Shown piece by piece: positions 9,910 through 19,991 of a stretch of DNA of 64,000 bases. The position numbers and the translations under genes were made by a program. Under the pieces are notes generated by a model that made no database searches, was not told where the DNA came from, and saw only the letters and a program-made list of their open reading frames with translations. The stretch's first letter is position 1. Every line of letters begins with the position of its first letter. The stretch is from assembly GCA_902602845.1 (NCBI GenBank), contig CACKSN010000001.1:24622-88621 (forward strand), given 5' to 3'. The stretch is from an uncultured Alphaproteobacteria bacterium. Lineage in GTDB: Bacteria; Pseudomonadota; Alphaproteobacteria; HIMB59; GCA-002718135.

Positions 9910-10739
9910 TATAACCCAAACCTAGATAACATAATTCGTTCTTCAATTTTATTTAAAATTTCATCAGAATTAAATATTGAAGAAGAAAACCTACGCTGTA
10001 AAAATGATTTTTTTTGACTGATTATTTTAATTTTAATTTTTTTTCCAAACTTCTCTTCTAAAATTGGTTTTATTGCACCAATACCATCTGCTAAACCTAA
10101 ATCGATAGCTTTATTACCAACCCAAAATAAACCAGAAAAGATGTCATCTAATTTATTCTGATCTAGTTTTGAACCTCTTCTATCTTTTACATAATTAATA
10201 AAATTATCATGAATTTGTTCTTGAATATTTTTTAATCTGTCAATGTCTTCCTGTTTTTCTTCTTTGAAAGGATCAAGAAAACTTTTACTTTTTCCAGATG
10301 TATACACTCTTCTTTCAATTCCAACTTTTTTTAAAAGATCAACAAAACCAAAACCTGGTGAAATAACACCTATTGATCCAATAACAGAATTTTGATCAAT
10401 ATATATTTCATCAGCAGCACATGCTAACCAATAACCACCAGAAGCTGCAACATCTTCAACAAATGCTAAAACTTTTTTATTTTTTTCCTTTGCCAGATCA
10501 ATGATCCTTTTTGCAATTAAAGAGGATTGTGTAGGAGAACCTCCGGGTGAATTAATTACCAAACCTACAACAGGAGATTTTTTGTCAGCAAATAACTTAT
10601 CAATTAATTTTTCTAAATTATTTATTGCTAAACCAGAACCTGTTAATCCTGACTGTGATGATATAATGCCTGATAACCGTAAAACAGGAATTGAAGTACT
10701 CTTTGAAAATAACCTTTTAAACATATTATCTAATAACAA
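9909..10739 (-). CDS. sppA: signal peptide peptidase SppA, 36K type (S49)
   Basis: 276 aa. INSPGGS and AASGGYWLACAADEIY motifs of the S49 family. Confidence 0.88.
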   Translation of the reverse strand: MLLDNMFKRLFSKSTSIPVLRLSGIISSQSGLTGSGLAINNLEKLIDKLFADKKSPVVGLVINSPGGSPTQSSLIAKRIIDLAKEKNKKVLAFVEDVAASGGYWLACAADEIYIDQNSVIGSIGVISPGFGFVDLLKKVGIERRVYTSGKSKSFLDPFKEEKQEDIDRLKNIQEQIHDNFINYVKDRRGSKLDQNKLDDIFSGLFWVGNKAIDLGLADGIGAIKPILEEKFGKKIKIKIISQKKSFLQRRFSSSIFNSDEILNKIEERIMLSRFGL

Positions 10740-10853
10740 ATGTTAATCTTTTCTTAAAGCGTTATGTAGCATTTGTTTGTAATTTTGGTAAATTGAGCTT
10801 AAGTGCGTCAATTAAGTTAATGATTTAACACAATATTCAAATAATTAAATAAT

Positions 10854-11891
10854 ATGGATAATATTCTACAACTTAGAAAAAAAGAATTTTCATTTGAAGA
10901 TGAAATTAGAGAGTTAACTGATTTATGCAAAGAAGATCTAGTATCCGTAAATACCATAATTCTTGATAAATTGGATAGTAATGTACCTTTAGTTCATGAA
11001 GTTGGAAAATACCTTATCTTATCAGGTGGAAAAAGATTACGACCTCTTTTAACTGTTTCAAGCTTTCATATGACAAGAAATGGAACTAGTGAAATTGAAA
11101 ATAAAATGAATCATATTGGTCTATCTGCAGCAGTAGAATTTATTCATACAGCAACACTATTACATGATGATGTAATAGATGAAAGTAAGCAAAGAAGAGG
11201 AAAACCTACGGCAAATGAGAAATGGAAAAATAAAACAAGTGTATTGGTTGGTGATTTTTTATTCAGTAGAGCTTTTCAATTAATGACAAAATATGGCAAC
11301 ACTGAAACGTTAAAAATATTAGCTGATACCAGTGTTGTAATTTCTGAAGGAGAGGTTTTAGAACTTGCTAATGATAAAAATTTAGAAATAAATGAAAATA
11401 TTTATTTTGAAGTTGTAAATGCAAAGACTGCCTCTTTATTTAGTGCGGCATGTCAAATTGGTTCAATTAGTGGTCTTGGAACAGAAGCCGAGGTTAATGC
11501 ATTAAAATCATTTGGAACAAACTTTGGTATGACTTTTCAATTAATTGATGATGCCATTGATTATTCTTCGAGCAAAAAAATATTAGGGAAAAATACGGGA
11601 GATGATTTTAAAGAAGGTAAAATTACTCTCCCTATAATATTAGCTTATGGAAGATCAAATGATAAAGAAAAAAAGTTCTGGGAAAGAACAATATCTAATC
11701 TTAACCAAAATGATGGTGACTTTGAAATGGCATTAGAAATAATTAATAAATATCAATGTATTGAAGATACTCTTACAAGAGCAAATCACTTTTCAAATGT
11801 AGCTGTGGACTCAGTTGATATATTTAAAGATAATATATACAAAGAAAAATTAGTTTCTCTTGTCACAAAAAGCGTAGCAAGAATTTATTGA
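10854..11891 (+). CDS. ispB: polyprenyl diphosphate synthase (IspB-like)
   Basis: 345 aa. First and second aspartate-rich motifs LLHDDVIDES and QLIDDAIDY. Confidence 0.88.
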   Translation: MDNILQLRKKEFSFEDEIRELTDLCKEDLVSVNTIILDKLDSNVPLVHEVGKYLILSGGKRLRPLLTVSSFHMTRNGTSEIENKMNHIGLSAAVEFIHTATLLHDDVIDESKQRRGKPTANEKWKNKTSVLVGDFLFSRAFQLMTKYGNTETLKILADTSVVISEGEVLELANDKNLEINENIYFEVVNAKTASLFSAACQIGSISGLGTEAEVNALKSFGTNFGMTFQLIDDAIDYSSSKKILGKNTGDDFKEGKITLPIILAYGRSNDKEKKFWERTISNLNQNDGDFEMALEIINKYQCIEDTLTRANHFSNVAVDSVDIFKDNIYKEKLVSLVTKSVARIY

Positions 11892-12275
11892 TTAATATTC
11901 CTCATAAGATTTCACCTCTACTAATTCAGAGCCAAAGGTTTTATTAATATCATTTTTTACTTTTGCTCTTTCATCATTGGTAAAATACACACTTCTAGCT
12001 AGATCAATAAATGTTTGATCAAATAATTTTTTTCTTTCGCATTCTCTAATATCGTCTTCTATATTCCAAAGTTTAGAATTAATGTTTATTAAATTTTCTA
12101 AATAATTATTTATTTCTTTTTTTTGAACATAATTCATCAATGTTTTTTGAAGAAAATCTAATTCTTTTTTGACATGATCAAGTTTAGTTTCATCCGTTAT
12201 ATTTTTCTGTTTAATAATTAATATAGAAATTTTATCTACAAGTTCACCAAGCGATATGGGGGTATTAATAAGCAT
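11892..12275 (-). CDS. conserved hypothetical protein (DUF6165-like)
   Basis: 127 aa. GELVDKISILIIK, LWNIEDDIRECER and the C-terminal LVEVKSYEEY recall the DUF6165 family as I remember it. Function unknown. Confidence 0.55.
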   Translation of the reverse strand: MLINTPISLGELVDKISILIIKQKNITDETKLDHVKKELDFLQKTLMNYVQKKEINNYLENLININSKLWNIEDDIRECERKKLFDQTFIDLARSVYFTNDERAKVKNDINKTFGSELVEVKSYEEY

Positions 12276-12619
12276 TAAATTCTTTCATAAATATCTTCGT
12301 ATCTTTTTATATCATTTTCATCAAGATTATCACCGTACCACATTTCTATAATAACTAAATCACGATCTTTTCTATTAGCCATTCTATGAATTGACCTTTT
12401 AGGAATAAAAACGCTCTCATTTTCATTTAAATTAGTTACTTTGTTATCAACTGTAACTTCAGCTTCTCCTTCTGCAACTATCCAATGCTCAGATCTATGT
12501 TCATGACTTTGTAAAGATAAAACACCGCCTGGTTTTACAAAAATTTTTTTTACAAGGAATTTTTTACCAGACTGAAGTATCTCGAATGATCCCCATGGTT
12601 TATTTACTTTAGAATTCAT
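12275..12619 (-). CDS. cupin domain protein (phosphomannose isomerase type II C-terminal-like)
   Basis: 114 aa. KPWGSFEIL, LSLQSHEHRSEHWIV and IPKRSIHRMAN cupin motifs. 1-nt overlap with the downstream gene. Confidence 0.75.
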   Translation of the reverse strand: MNSKVNKPWGSFEILQSGKKFLVKKIFVKPGGVLSLQSHEHRSEHWIVAEGEAEVTVDNKVTNLNENESVFIPKRSIHRMANRKDRDLVIIEMWYGDNLDENDIKRYEDIYERI

Positions 12620-12658
12620 TATGAATGTTTGTTTATATATTATATATTTAATAACAGT

Positions 12659-13306
12659 ATGATAAAAATTTCACCATCAATTTTAAATGTAAAAACTGAA
12701 AATATTGCAAGTAAAGTTAAAAAATTAGATGCTGCAGGAGCAGATTATATTCATATTGATGTAATGAATGGAACTTATGTTGACAACATATCATTTAACT
12801 CTGACATTGTTAAAGAGATAAAAAAAATAACATCTAAAGTATTAGATGTTCATCTGATGATTAAACCTATTAAACCACATCTTGAAGAATATATTAATGC
12901 TGGTTCTGACATAATTACATTTCATCCTGAAGTTGAAGAAAATCCCATGGAAATTATAAAATTTATAAAAAAAGAAAATGTTCAGACTGGTATTGCCCTA
13001 CATCCCAAAATAAATATTTTGGAATATGAAGAATTATTTACAGAAGTGAACCAAATAATAGTGATGACTGTTATACCTGGATTTGGCGGACAACAATTCA
13101 TAGACACGCAGGTTAAAAAAATAGAAGATCTTTGTCGATTAAGGAAGAAAAAAGATTATAAATTTAAAATATCAGCTGATGGTGGTATAAACGATATTTC
13201 TGGAAAAAAATGTATTAAGAGTGGAGCAGATATACTTGCAATTGGGTCTTTCCTGCTTACTAAACCTGAAACAGAATTTGATAAAATAATAAATTCATTT
13301 AAATAA
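12659..13306 (+). CDS. rpe: ribulose-phosphate 3-epimerase
   Basis: MIKISPSILN..., HIDVMNG, and VMTVIPGFGGQQF motifs. I prefer the internal ATG at 12659 over the track start 12629, which adds a hydrophobic non-homologous extension. Confidence 0.92.
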   Translation: MIKISPSILNVKTENIASKVKKLDAAGADYIHIDVMNGTYVDNISFNSDIVKEIKKITSKVLDVHLMIKPIKPHLEEYINAGSDIITFHPEVEENPMEIIKFIKKENVQTGIALHPKINILEYEELFTEVNQIIVMTVIPGFGGQQFIDTQVKKIEDLCRLRKKKDYKFKISADGGINDISGKKCIKSGADILAIGSFLLTKPETEFDKIINSFK

Positions 13307-13311
13307 TTAGT

Positions 13312-14199
13312 ATGGATTGGGATAAATTAAAATCATTTTACGAAATAGCGATATCTAGGAGTATATCAAAAGCTAGTACAAAACTTAATATTAGTCAATC
13401 TGCTTTAAGTAGACAAATTCAAGACCTTGAATACGATTTAAAAACTACATTATTTATAAGACATCAAAAAGGTGTTCGTTTAACTGAACAAGGTGAAAAT
13501 TTATTTAATACTGTAAATCAAATAAATTTTTCAATCTCTGATTTTGAAAAAAAATTATTAGATAAAAAAACAAAACCAGCAGGTAAACTTACTGTCAGCA
13601 CTACTGTAGGATTTGGATCGACATGGTTAACTCCTAGGATAAATAAATTTTCTGATCAGTACCCTGATATTGATGTTAATTTAATTATGAGTGATGAAGA
13701 AGTTGATTTAGGTGCTAGAGTTGCTGATGTTGCAGTTCGAGTAAAAAAACCAACACAATCAAATTTAATATTTAAAAAATTTGTTAACTTTCATAATCAT
13801 ATATATGGAGCATCAGATTACTTACAAAAAAATGGGATACCCCGTAATGTTAATGATTTGGATAGGCATGATTTAATATGCTTTGGTGCAGGATTACCTT
13901 CACCAATTTCTAATATTGATTGGATATTAAAAATTGGAAAAGAGGGAACAAAAAGAAGACCAAAATTTAGAGTTAATAGTATTTATGCAATGTCACTAGC
14001 AATTGAAAAAGGTGGTGGTCTAGCATCACTTCCTGATTATATGGTTGCAGATAAACCTCAATTAGTTAGAGTATTACCAAGTTTAGAAGGACCTTCATAT
14101 CAAACATACTTTGTTTACTCAGAATCATTCAAAAATGATAGAAGGTTAGAGGTTTTTAGAGACTTTCTTTTTAATGAAGCTAAAGATTGGCATTATTAA
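13312..14199 (+). CDS. LysR family transcriptional regulator
   Basis: 295 aa. N-terminal wHTH (SISKASTKLNISQSALSRQIQDLE) followed by a LysR substrate-binding domain. Confidence 0.9.
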   Translation: MDWDKLKSFYEIAISRSISKASTKLNISQSALSRQIQDLEYDLKTTLFIRHQKGVRLTEQGENLFNTVNQINFSISDFEKKLLDKKTKPAGKLTVSTTVGFGSTWLTPRINKFSDQYPDIDVNLIMSDEEVDLGARVADVAVRVKKPTQSNLIFKKFVNFHNHIYGASDYLQKNGIPRNVNDLDRHDLICFGAGLPSPISNIDWILKIGKEGTKRRPKFRVNSIYAMSLAIEKGGGLASLPDYMVADKPQLVRVLPSLEGPSYQTYFVYSESFKNDRRLEVFRDFLFNEAKDWHY

Positions 14200-14241
14200 T
14201 CTTTGACTTAATTTTTTATTTTTGTATACCGTATCTAAATT

Positions 14242-14325
14242 ATGGGATATCCAAAAAAACATCGAGGTAGACGTAAAAGAGGTTCTAAATATAGAAGGAA
14301 CAAAAAACGTCAGAAAAAGAAATAA
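14242..14325 (+). CDS. possible 27-aa highly basic micro-ORF (speculative)
   Basis: ATG..TAA translated by hand: MGYPKKHRGRRKRGSKYRRNKKRQKKK. 16 of 27 residues are K/R and none are acidic. No clear SD. It lies in a 181-nt spacer 55 nt upstream of the SbmA-like gene and could be chance. Confidence 0.2.
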   Translation: MGYPKKHRGRRKRGSKYRRNKKRQKKK

Positions 14326-14380
14326 TACATTATTAAATTAGAGTTCTTTTTTAAGTAATTTATAAAACTATATATACATA

Positions 14381-15382
14381 ATGTTTAAATTCTTCACAGA
14401 TCCAAAATGGTATTTATGGGCTTGGGCTGGCTCAGCTTTAATACTCTCATCTTTATGGGTTCAGGTTCAAATTGATGTTAAAATCAATGAGTGGTTTGGT
14501 GATTTCTACGATATGATTCAAAAAGCATTAGGTGAACCTAATGCTATTACAATTACCGAATATTGGGCCAGTTTATTTTCATTTATTACGCTGGCAGGCA
14601 TCTACGTAGCACTTGCTGTTGCAGTGAGTTTTTTTACAGCTCATTTCTTATTTAGATGGCGTACAGCAATGGTAGAATGGTATCATTCAGTTTATGACCA
14701 AGCTAGAACAATTGAAGGTGCTTCTCAAAGAGTTCAAGAAGATACAATTAAATTTTCTCGTATTATGGAAGGTTTAGGAACAAGTTTTATTGAAGCCGTT
14801 ATGATAATTGTGGAGTTTATTCCAATATTATTTGGTCTTAGTATTGGCATACCAATTTTTTTCTTTGGAGAATGGGAGTATGGACTAATTACTGGCGCAT
14901 TAGTTTGGTCAATTGGTGGTACACTCTTTTTAATCGTCTTAGGATACATATTAAGACTTGTAGGCGTTGAGTATGATTTACAAAAGCAAGAAGCTGCATA
15001 TAGAAAAATATTAGTAATTGCAGAAGATGATGGAACAGTTAGGCCCAAAAAATTAGAAGAACTATTCGATGATGTTCGTAAAATTCATTTCTTGAGTTAC
15101 TTGAGATACCTGTATTTTAATATTGGAAGAGTCGCTTACTTGCAAGCAAACGTATTAAGTGCGTATGTATTTCTTGCGCCTGCAATTGTTGCAGGGGTTG
15201 TTACACTTGGAGTTATGCAACAGATTATTAGAGCTTTTGGTAGAGTTGAAGGATCGATGCAATATTTATTACGAGCATGGCCAACTATTATTGAGTTAGC
15301 TAGTGTATACAAAAGATTAAGAGAATTTGAGAATAAAATAGAAAAAAACATTAAGGACGAAAAAACTGGTATAGTTCGTTAG
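14381..15382 (+). CDS. SbmA/BacA-like family transporter
   Basis: 333 aa membrane protein. NEWFGDFYDMIQKAL parallels the NAWYAPFYDLIQTAL block of E. coli SbmA. Transmembrane domain only, no ATPase. Confidence 0.82.
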   Translation: MFKFFTDPKWYLWAWAGSALILSSLWVQVQIDVKINEWFGDFYDMIQKALGEPNAITITEYWASLFSFITLAGIYVALAVAVSFFTAHFLFRWRTAMVEWYHSVYDQARTIEGASQRVQEDTIKFSRIMEGLGTSFIEAVMIIVEFIPILFGLSIGIPIFFFGEWEYGLITGALVWSIGGTLFLIVLGYILRLVGVEYDLQKQEAAYRKILVIAEDDGTVRPKKLEELFDDVRKIHFLSYLRYLYFNIGRVAYLQANVLSAYVFLAPAIVAGVVTLGVMQQIIRAFGRVEGSMQYLLRAWPTIIELASVYKRLREFENKIEKNIKDEKTGIVR

Positions 15383-15741
15383 TGATTTTTTTATTATTTA
15401 TTATTATTCCTATAATAGAAATAAGTATTTTTATTACTATAGGTTCAAATATTGGTATCTTAAATACTATTGCAATTATATTAACAACTGCACTTGTTGG
15501 TATTTTTTTGGTCAGACGTCAAGGAATTAAACTATTATTTGATGCACAAAAAAATCTTTCTCAAGGTATTATGCCAACAAAAGAAATAAAGGGTGGAATT
15601 TTTCTTCTTATTTCAGGTTTACTTTTGATTACTCCTGGTTTTTTTACTGATTGCATTGGGTTTGCTGTATTTCTTAAGCCAGTGCAAAATTTTATAGCTT
15701 TTCAAGCAAAAAAATATTTTCAATCACGTATTCACTATTAA
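15382..15741 (+). CDS. fxsA: FxsA family membrane protein
   Basis: 119 aa. ILTTALVGIFLVRRQG and LLITPGFFTD motifs are typical of FxsA. Confidence 0.85.
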   Translation: MIFLLFIIIPIIEISIFITIGSNIGILNTIAIILTTALVGIFLVRRQGIKLLFDAQKNLSQGIMPTKEIKGGIFLLISGLLLITPGFFTDCIGFAVFLKPVQNFIAFQAKKYFQSRIHY

Positions 15742-16653
15742 TTTATCAATTTTGTTAGTTAATTCTTTTAAAATTAAAACTAATTTTTGATTTTGAGGAT
15801 CATTAATTTTTTTTAATGGTGGCATAACATTATTCCATTCAGGAATATTGTCAATTATTGAAAAATAAGCTTTCATCAAACTAATTGGTTCAGTAGATGT
15901 TATAACTTGCCTGATTTGCATTAACAATTTTTGTAAATCTTCAAAGTTTTTTATTTCATTTTCTTTTTTATAATTTTTAAGAATATAATTAAGTAATTTA
16001 CCACATACATTTGTACCAGCAGTAATTGCACCAGCACCTCCTCTCTTAACAATACTAAGAGCTAAGCTGTCATGGCCACAAAAAACAGCAAAATTGTTGA
16101 AATATTTTATTGTCTTCATCATCCTATCTGCATCACCACTTGAGTCCTTCAAACCAATAATATTATTAGGATAAAGTTTTAATAAAATTTCAATTACCTT
16201 GAAATTAATAGGCACATATGAGTTTTGAGGAATATGATACAAAAGATACTGCATAGCATTATTGCCAGCTTTTTCTATTACATGACGATAATAATTAATA
16301 ATACCTTCATCACTTACATTCTTGTAATAAAATGGTGGTAGTAATAAAACAGCTCTTACATTGTAATTAGCAGCATGATTTGTCATATCAATTGCTTCTT
16401 TTAATGAAGATGAACCTGTGCCTGGAATTAAAACTTTAGGATCAATTTTATTAGATAATAAAAATTCAAGATTTTCTTTTCTTTCATCAACCGAAAAGCT
16501 ATTACCTTCACCTGTAGTACCAAATATAGCAAGGCCATCGTGACCTTGACGCATTAAGTACTGACAATGGCGTAAAAAAAGATCTTTATTTATAGATAAA
16601 TCATTTTTTATAGGCGTAAGCACGGCACTAAAAACACCAGAAATTTTATGCAT
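15724..16653 (-). CDS. dihydrodipicolinate synthase/N-acetylneuraminate lyase family protein
   Basis: 309 aa. FGTTGEG motif, a class I aldolase TIM-barrel pattern, and a lysine-containing IGLKDSSGD block. Confidence 0.85.
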   Translation of the reverse strand: MHKISGVFSAVLTPIKNDLSINKDLFLRHCQYLMRQGHDGLAIFGTTGEGNSFSVDERKENLEFLLSNKIDPKVLIPGTGSSSLKEAIDMTNHAANYNVRAVLLLPPFYYKNVSDEGIINYYRHVIEKAGNNAMQYLLYHIPQNSYVPINFKVIEILLKLYPNNIIGLKDSSGDADRMMKTIKYFNNFAVFCGHDSLALSIVKRGGAGAITAGTNVCGKLLNYILKNYKKENEIKNFEDLQKLLMQIRQVITSTEPISLMKAYFSIIDNIPEWNNVMPPLKKINDPQNQKLVLILKELTNKIDKLIVNT

Positions 16654-17431
16654 AAAAGTACAATAAAATAAATCCTAGTATAACTCTATAAATAATAAAT
16701 ACATTAAAGTTAGATCTTTGTATTATTTGCATCATAATATTAATAGATACAAGAGCAGTAATACAAGCAACAATTGCTGCAAACAAAGATTGATATAAAT
16801 TTATATCCAATTCATTACTGCTCACAAAATCTAAACTTGTTAAGACTAAAGATGCTAAAATAATTGGAATAGATAAAAGCATAGAAAATATTGCTGCAGA
16901 TGACCTATCAATACCTAAAAAGCGAGCTCCAGTTATTGTAACACCCGCCCTACTAGCCCCAGGAATAAAAGCTAATACCTGAAATACACCAATAATAAAT
17001 GCTTGAAAATTATTTATATTATCCCATGAAGATATTTTTATCTTAAAGTGATCTGCTATAAAAAGTAAAGCAGCAAAAACAACACTCGTAACTGCTACAA
17101 CTTTGATATCTCTAAAATATAATTGTATATAATCATAAATAAAAAACCCAACTATTACTGCTGGTAGAGTTGCAATAATAATTTTAATTAAATTATAATT
17201 TTCATTAAACTGGAAAGAGAAAAAATTCTTAACTAACGCTGTTATATGAGTTCTTAAATATATTATAACTGCTAGCAATGTTCCAACATGTACAGCGACA
17301 TCGGTAAACAAACCTTGATCTTTCCAGCTCGTTAATTCTGACACAAGAACCAAATGCCCAGAAGAACTTATTGGCAAAAATTCAGTAAATCCTTGGACAA
17401 TACCGATAATAAAATATTGAAGCTCAAACAT
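16646..17431 (-). CDS. uppP: undecaprenyl-diphosphate phosphatase
   Basis: 261 aa. GFTEFLPISSSGHL and PGASRAG motifs. Confidence 0.93.
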   Translation of the reverse strand: MFELQYFIIGIVQGFTEFLPISSSGHLVLVSELTSWKDQGLFTDVAVHVGTLLAVIIYLRTHITALVKNFFSFQFNENYNLIKIIIATLPAVIVGFFIYDYIQLYFRDIKVVAVTSVVFAALLFIADHFKIKISSWDNINNFQAFIIGVFQVLAFIPGASRAGVTITGARFLGIDRSSAAIFSMLLSIPIILASLVLTSLDFVSSNELDINLYQSLFAAIVACITALVSINIMMQIIQRSNFNVFIIYRVILGFILLYFYA

Positions 17432-18951
17432 TAACCAAAGATTATTTTGCTCAGTTCTTTACCACTTGGAAGGGGTTCAGCATTTTTATTAGAAAAATAT
17501 TTCTCCATAAAATTTAAATAAACATTGTAATCTTTTAAAATTTGCATTTTTTGATCTTTATTTTCATCATCACTTTCTTCCATTTTAACTAATTCTGTAT
17601 CAGTTTGTGACATTGCTTCAGGTATTGTTGTAAATGGTCTTTCTTGGTTAATAACTAACCTTTCATGTAACTCTCGGTGAACCATTTTAAAATCTTCTTT
17701 TGATAGAGTTTTTGGACTTTCATCAAATATAAGTCTTTTTAAAATAAAGTTTGCTCTTGGCTCTTTAATTGAAAGAGCAATTTTATATTTTTCATTCCAG
17801 TCATTCTGTTCGTGAAATTTAGCTATTTCTGTTGATTGTTTAAAATCAAGAAATGCATTTGCTGCACTTTCAGGAAATATATTATCCTGTGATTTTTCGT
17901 CTTCTTTTTCGATACGTTTATCTATTTCCATTAGCTTAAACTTGTCTGCTAAATCTTTATTTTTAAAAACTATTTTTGCTCTTTCATTTAGAACTTCTGC
18001 ACCAATCTCATCATACGGCTCATAATTTGATGCAATTTTACCAGGTAAAATTATTGGATGTTGGTTAGTGATAACGTATCTATTTTTTCTCTTAATAAGT
18101 TTTTTAAATTCTTCAGAGTTAGCTTCAAGTAATGGTATCGGATCATGAGCTAAATCAATTGTATGAAACCAACCATTATATTGAGATTCGCATACCATCG
18201 ATAAAGCTTGGAGTTTAATTCTTCCTCCAAAACTTGTCATAAAACAAAAACCTTTATTTTTATTTATATATGCAATGGCATCTTCTTTACTCATCGTCAT
18301 TTGAAGCTGACTCCAATTAGTAGTATCTGCTTCATTAATGAATTTTGTCAGGGCAATTGATGTCTTAACATCTGAAAATGCATCGTGAGCAAATTCAACA
18401 GGCAAGTTGTTCATCTCTGCAATTTTTTCTAATTTAAAACTAGGATTACCTCTGTCTGTTAAAGGTGTTTTTATACTTGATGGGTTTATGGCATATAAAC
18501 CTCTCGCTAAATTTAATGTATCGCCCCTACTCTTTCTTGTTACATAAGGATAAAACATATGACTAAACAAATTGTATTCGAGAACAGATTCATCAAATTC
18601 CATTATATTATGACCAATAAAAGTAGAACTTGGATCATCTTTTTTCCATTCATCAAAAGTTTCATTAATTTTTTTCATTAATTCATAAGATGATTGAGGG
18701 GCATCAAGTGCCTCACGCATACCTTTAAGTGTTGTTATTAATGCACCAGGTTGAGAAATCACTGATGTTCGAGGTCTGCAGAACTCATTCATATTTTGAT
18801 TTGTTTGATTAAATTTAGAGTCTGTGACGATAGCAGCAATTTGCATTATCTGCTCCCATTTAGGGGTAGTGCCAAAAGCAGTTGGATATTCTTTTTTACC
18901 TCTTCCTGAAGTTTCTAGATCGTAAAATATGTATTTATTACTCATACTCAC
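17431..18951 (-). CDS. exodeoxyribonuclease I-like DEDDh exonuclease
   Basis: 506 aa. Exo motifs YDLETSG, GHNIMEFDE and AHDAFSDV parallel E. coli SbcB HDYETFG, GYNNVRFDD and AHDAMADV. A C-terminal extension of about 300 aa follows, as in ExoI. The stop shares 1 nt with the uppP start. Confidence 0.75.
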   Translation of the reverse strand: MSMSNKYIFYDLETSGRGKKEYPTAFGTTPKWEQIMQIAAIVTDSKFNQTNQNMNEFCRPRTSVISQPGALITTLKGMREALDAPQSSYELMKKINETFDEWKKDDPSSTFIGHNIMEFDESVLEYNLFSHMFYPYVTRKSRGDTLNLARGLYAINPSSIKTPLTDRGNPSFKLEKIAEMNNLPVEFAHDAFSDVKTSIALTKFINEADTTNWSQLQMTMSKEDAIAYINKNKGFCFMTSFGGRIKLQALSMVCESQYNGWFHTIDLAHDPIPLLEANSEEFKKLIKRKNRYVITNQHPIILPGKIASNYEPYDEIGAEVLNERAKIVFKNKDLADKFKLMEIDKRIEKEDEKSQDNIFPESAANAFLDFKQSTEIAKFHEQNDWNEKYKIALSIKEPRANFILKRLIFDESPKTLSKEDFKMVHRELHERLVINQERPFTTIPEAMSQTDTELVKMEESDDENKDQKMQILKDYNVYLNFMEKYFSNKNAEPLPSGKELSKIIFG

Positions 18952-19991
18952 ACATTTTGATCATCTTGGTCATTATCTTCATTTTGATCTTCAAACTGTT
19001 TATCGAAATCCATAGACTCTTTTAATTTTTGATCTGAATTTATTTCATTTATTTTGTTATCTCTTTCTTCTAGTGATGACATAATTGACTCTATTGCTGA
19101 TTCTGTAAGTTGTCCGTAATCAATTTCCTTTTCAAGTTGTACCCAATATTGAATTTTATTAATAAAGTCTGAATTTACCCTATCTCTTCTTTTATCAAAA
19201 TCAGTACCCCAAAAGTTCATAAAATCAGAAATACTATATTGATGATTATTAATTATAAATGGATTTTGAGCGGTAAAGTGAGGACCAGCAACAAAGATTT
19301 TATAAGGATTAGGAGGAGCCTTTCCAATTTTAGTTGTTGAATAATACTTTTCCAAATTTATTGAATTTGTAAATAATAGATGTTGTTTATTATAACTAGT
19401 GTATTCGCTCCAAAAATTTCCAGAATAACTTTCTTCTCCCTTTTCCCAAAAAAAATGTGAACAATAATACACACTTATTGAATGCTTGTTTAATTCTTCA
19501 CCTAAAGATGATAATTCTAAATAATTAGAAAAACTATCCAATTGATGAAACTTATCTTTTTCAGATTCATCAATATATTTTTTTTGTATAGTTTTATGTA
19601 ATTCTTCTAAAAAATTCTTTATTAATTTCTTGTAAGTTTCAAACTCAGATTTATTTATATTATCTTTAAATTTTAACTCATAATCAAAATCTTCGGCATT
19701 TTGACTACCAATAGCATAATTTTTCCAATTTTTTATCGGTCTCAAAATTATATCATTATCACTAATATGATCTGTGAAGAAACTTATAGGTCTTTTAAAA
19801 AAATATGAAAATACTCTTAAAACAGTTGGTGAAACATTCTTAGATTTAATTGAATTATAAATAGTTCTTGAATCTAGATTCATCATTTTTGCAAGAAGAG
19901 GTATTGTTTTTTTAGATCTTTTTATTTCAAATTCTAAATTTCTTCCAAGAACTGGTACTGTATCACTTCTAACCATTAATTTTGTTCTCAC
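18948..19991 (-). CDS. hypothetical protein: N-terminal Xre-like HTH, unknown central domain, poly-acidic tail
   Basis: 347 aa. IPLLAKMMNLDSRTIYNSIKSKNVSPTVLRVFSYFF fits an Xre/Cro helix-turn-helix pattern. I recognise no motif in the central 200 aa. The C-terminus is FEDQNEDNDQDDQNV. An alternative start lies at 19976 (MVRSD). Confidence 0.6.
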   Translation of the reverse strand: MRTKLMVRSDTVPVLGRNLEFEIKRSKKTIPLLAKMMNLDSRTIYNSIKSKNVSPTVLRVFSYFFKRPISFFTDHISDNDIILRPIKNWKNYAIGSQNAEDFDYELKFKDNINKSEFETYKKLIKNFLEELHKTIQKKYIDESEKDKFHQLDSFSNYLELSSLGEELNKHSISVYYCSHFFWEKGEESYSGNFWSEYTSYNKQHLLFTNSINLEKYYSTTKIGKAPPNPYKIFVAGPHFTAQNPFIINNHQYSISDFMNFWGTDFDKRRDRVNSDFINKIQYWVQLEKEIDYGQLTESAIESIMSSLEERDNKINEINSDQKLKESMDFDKQFEDQNEDNDQDDQNV

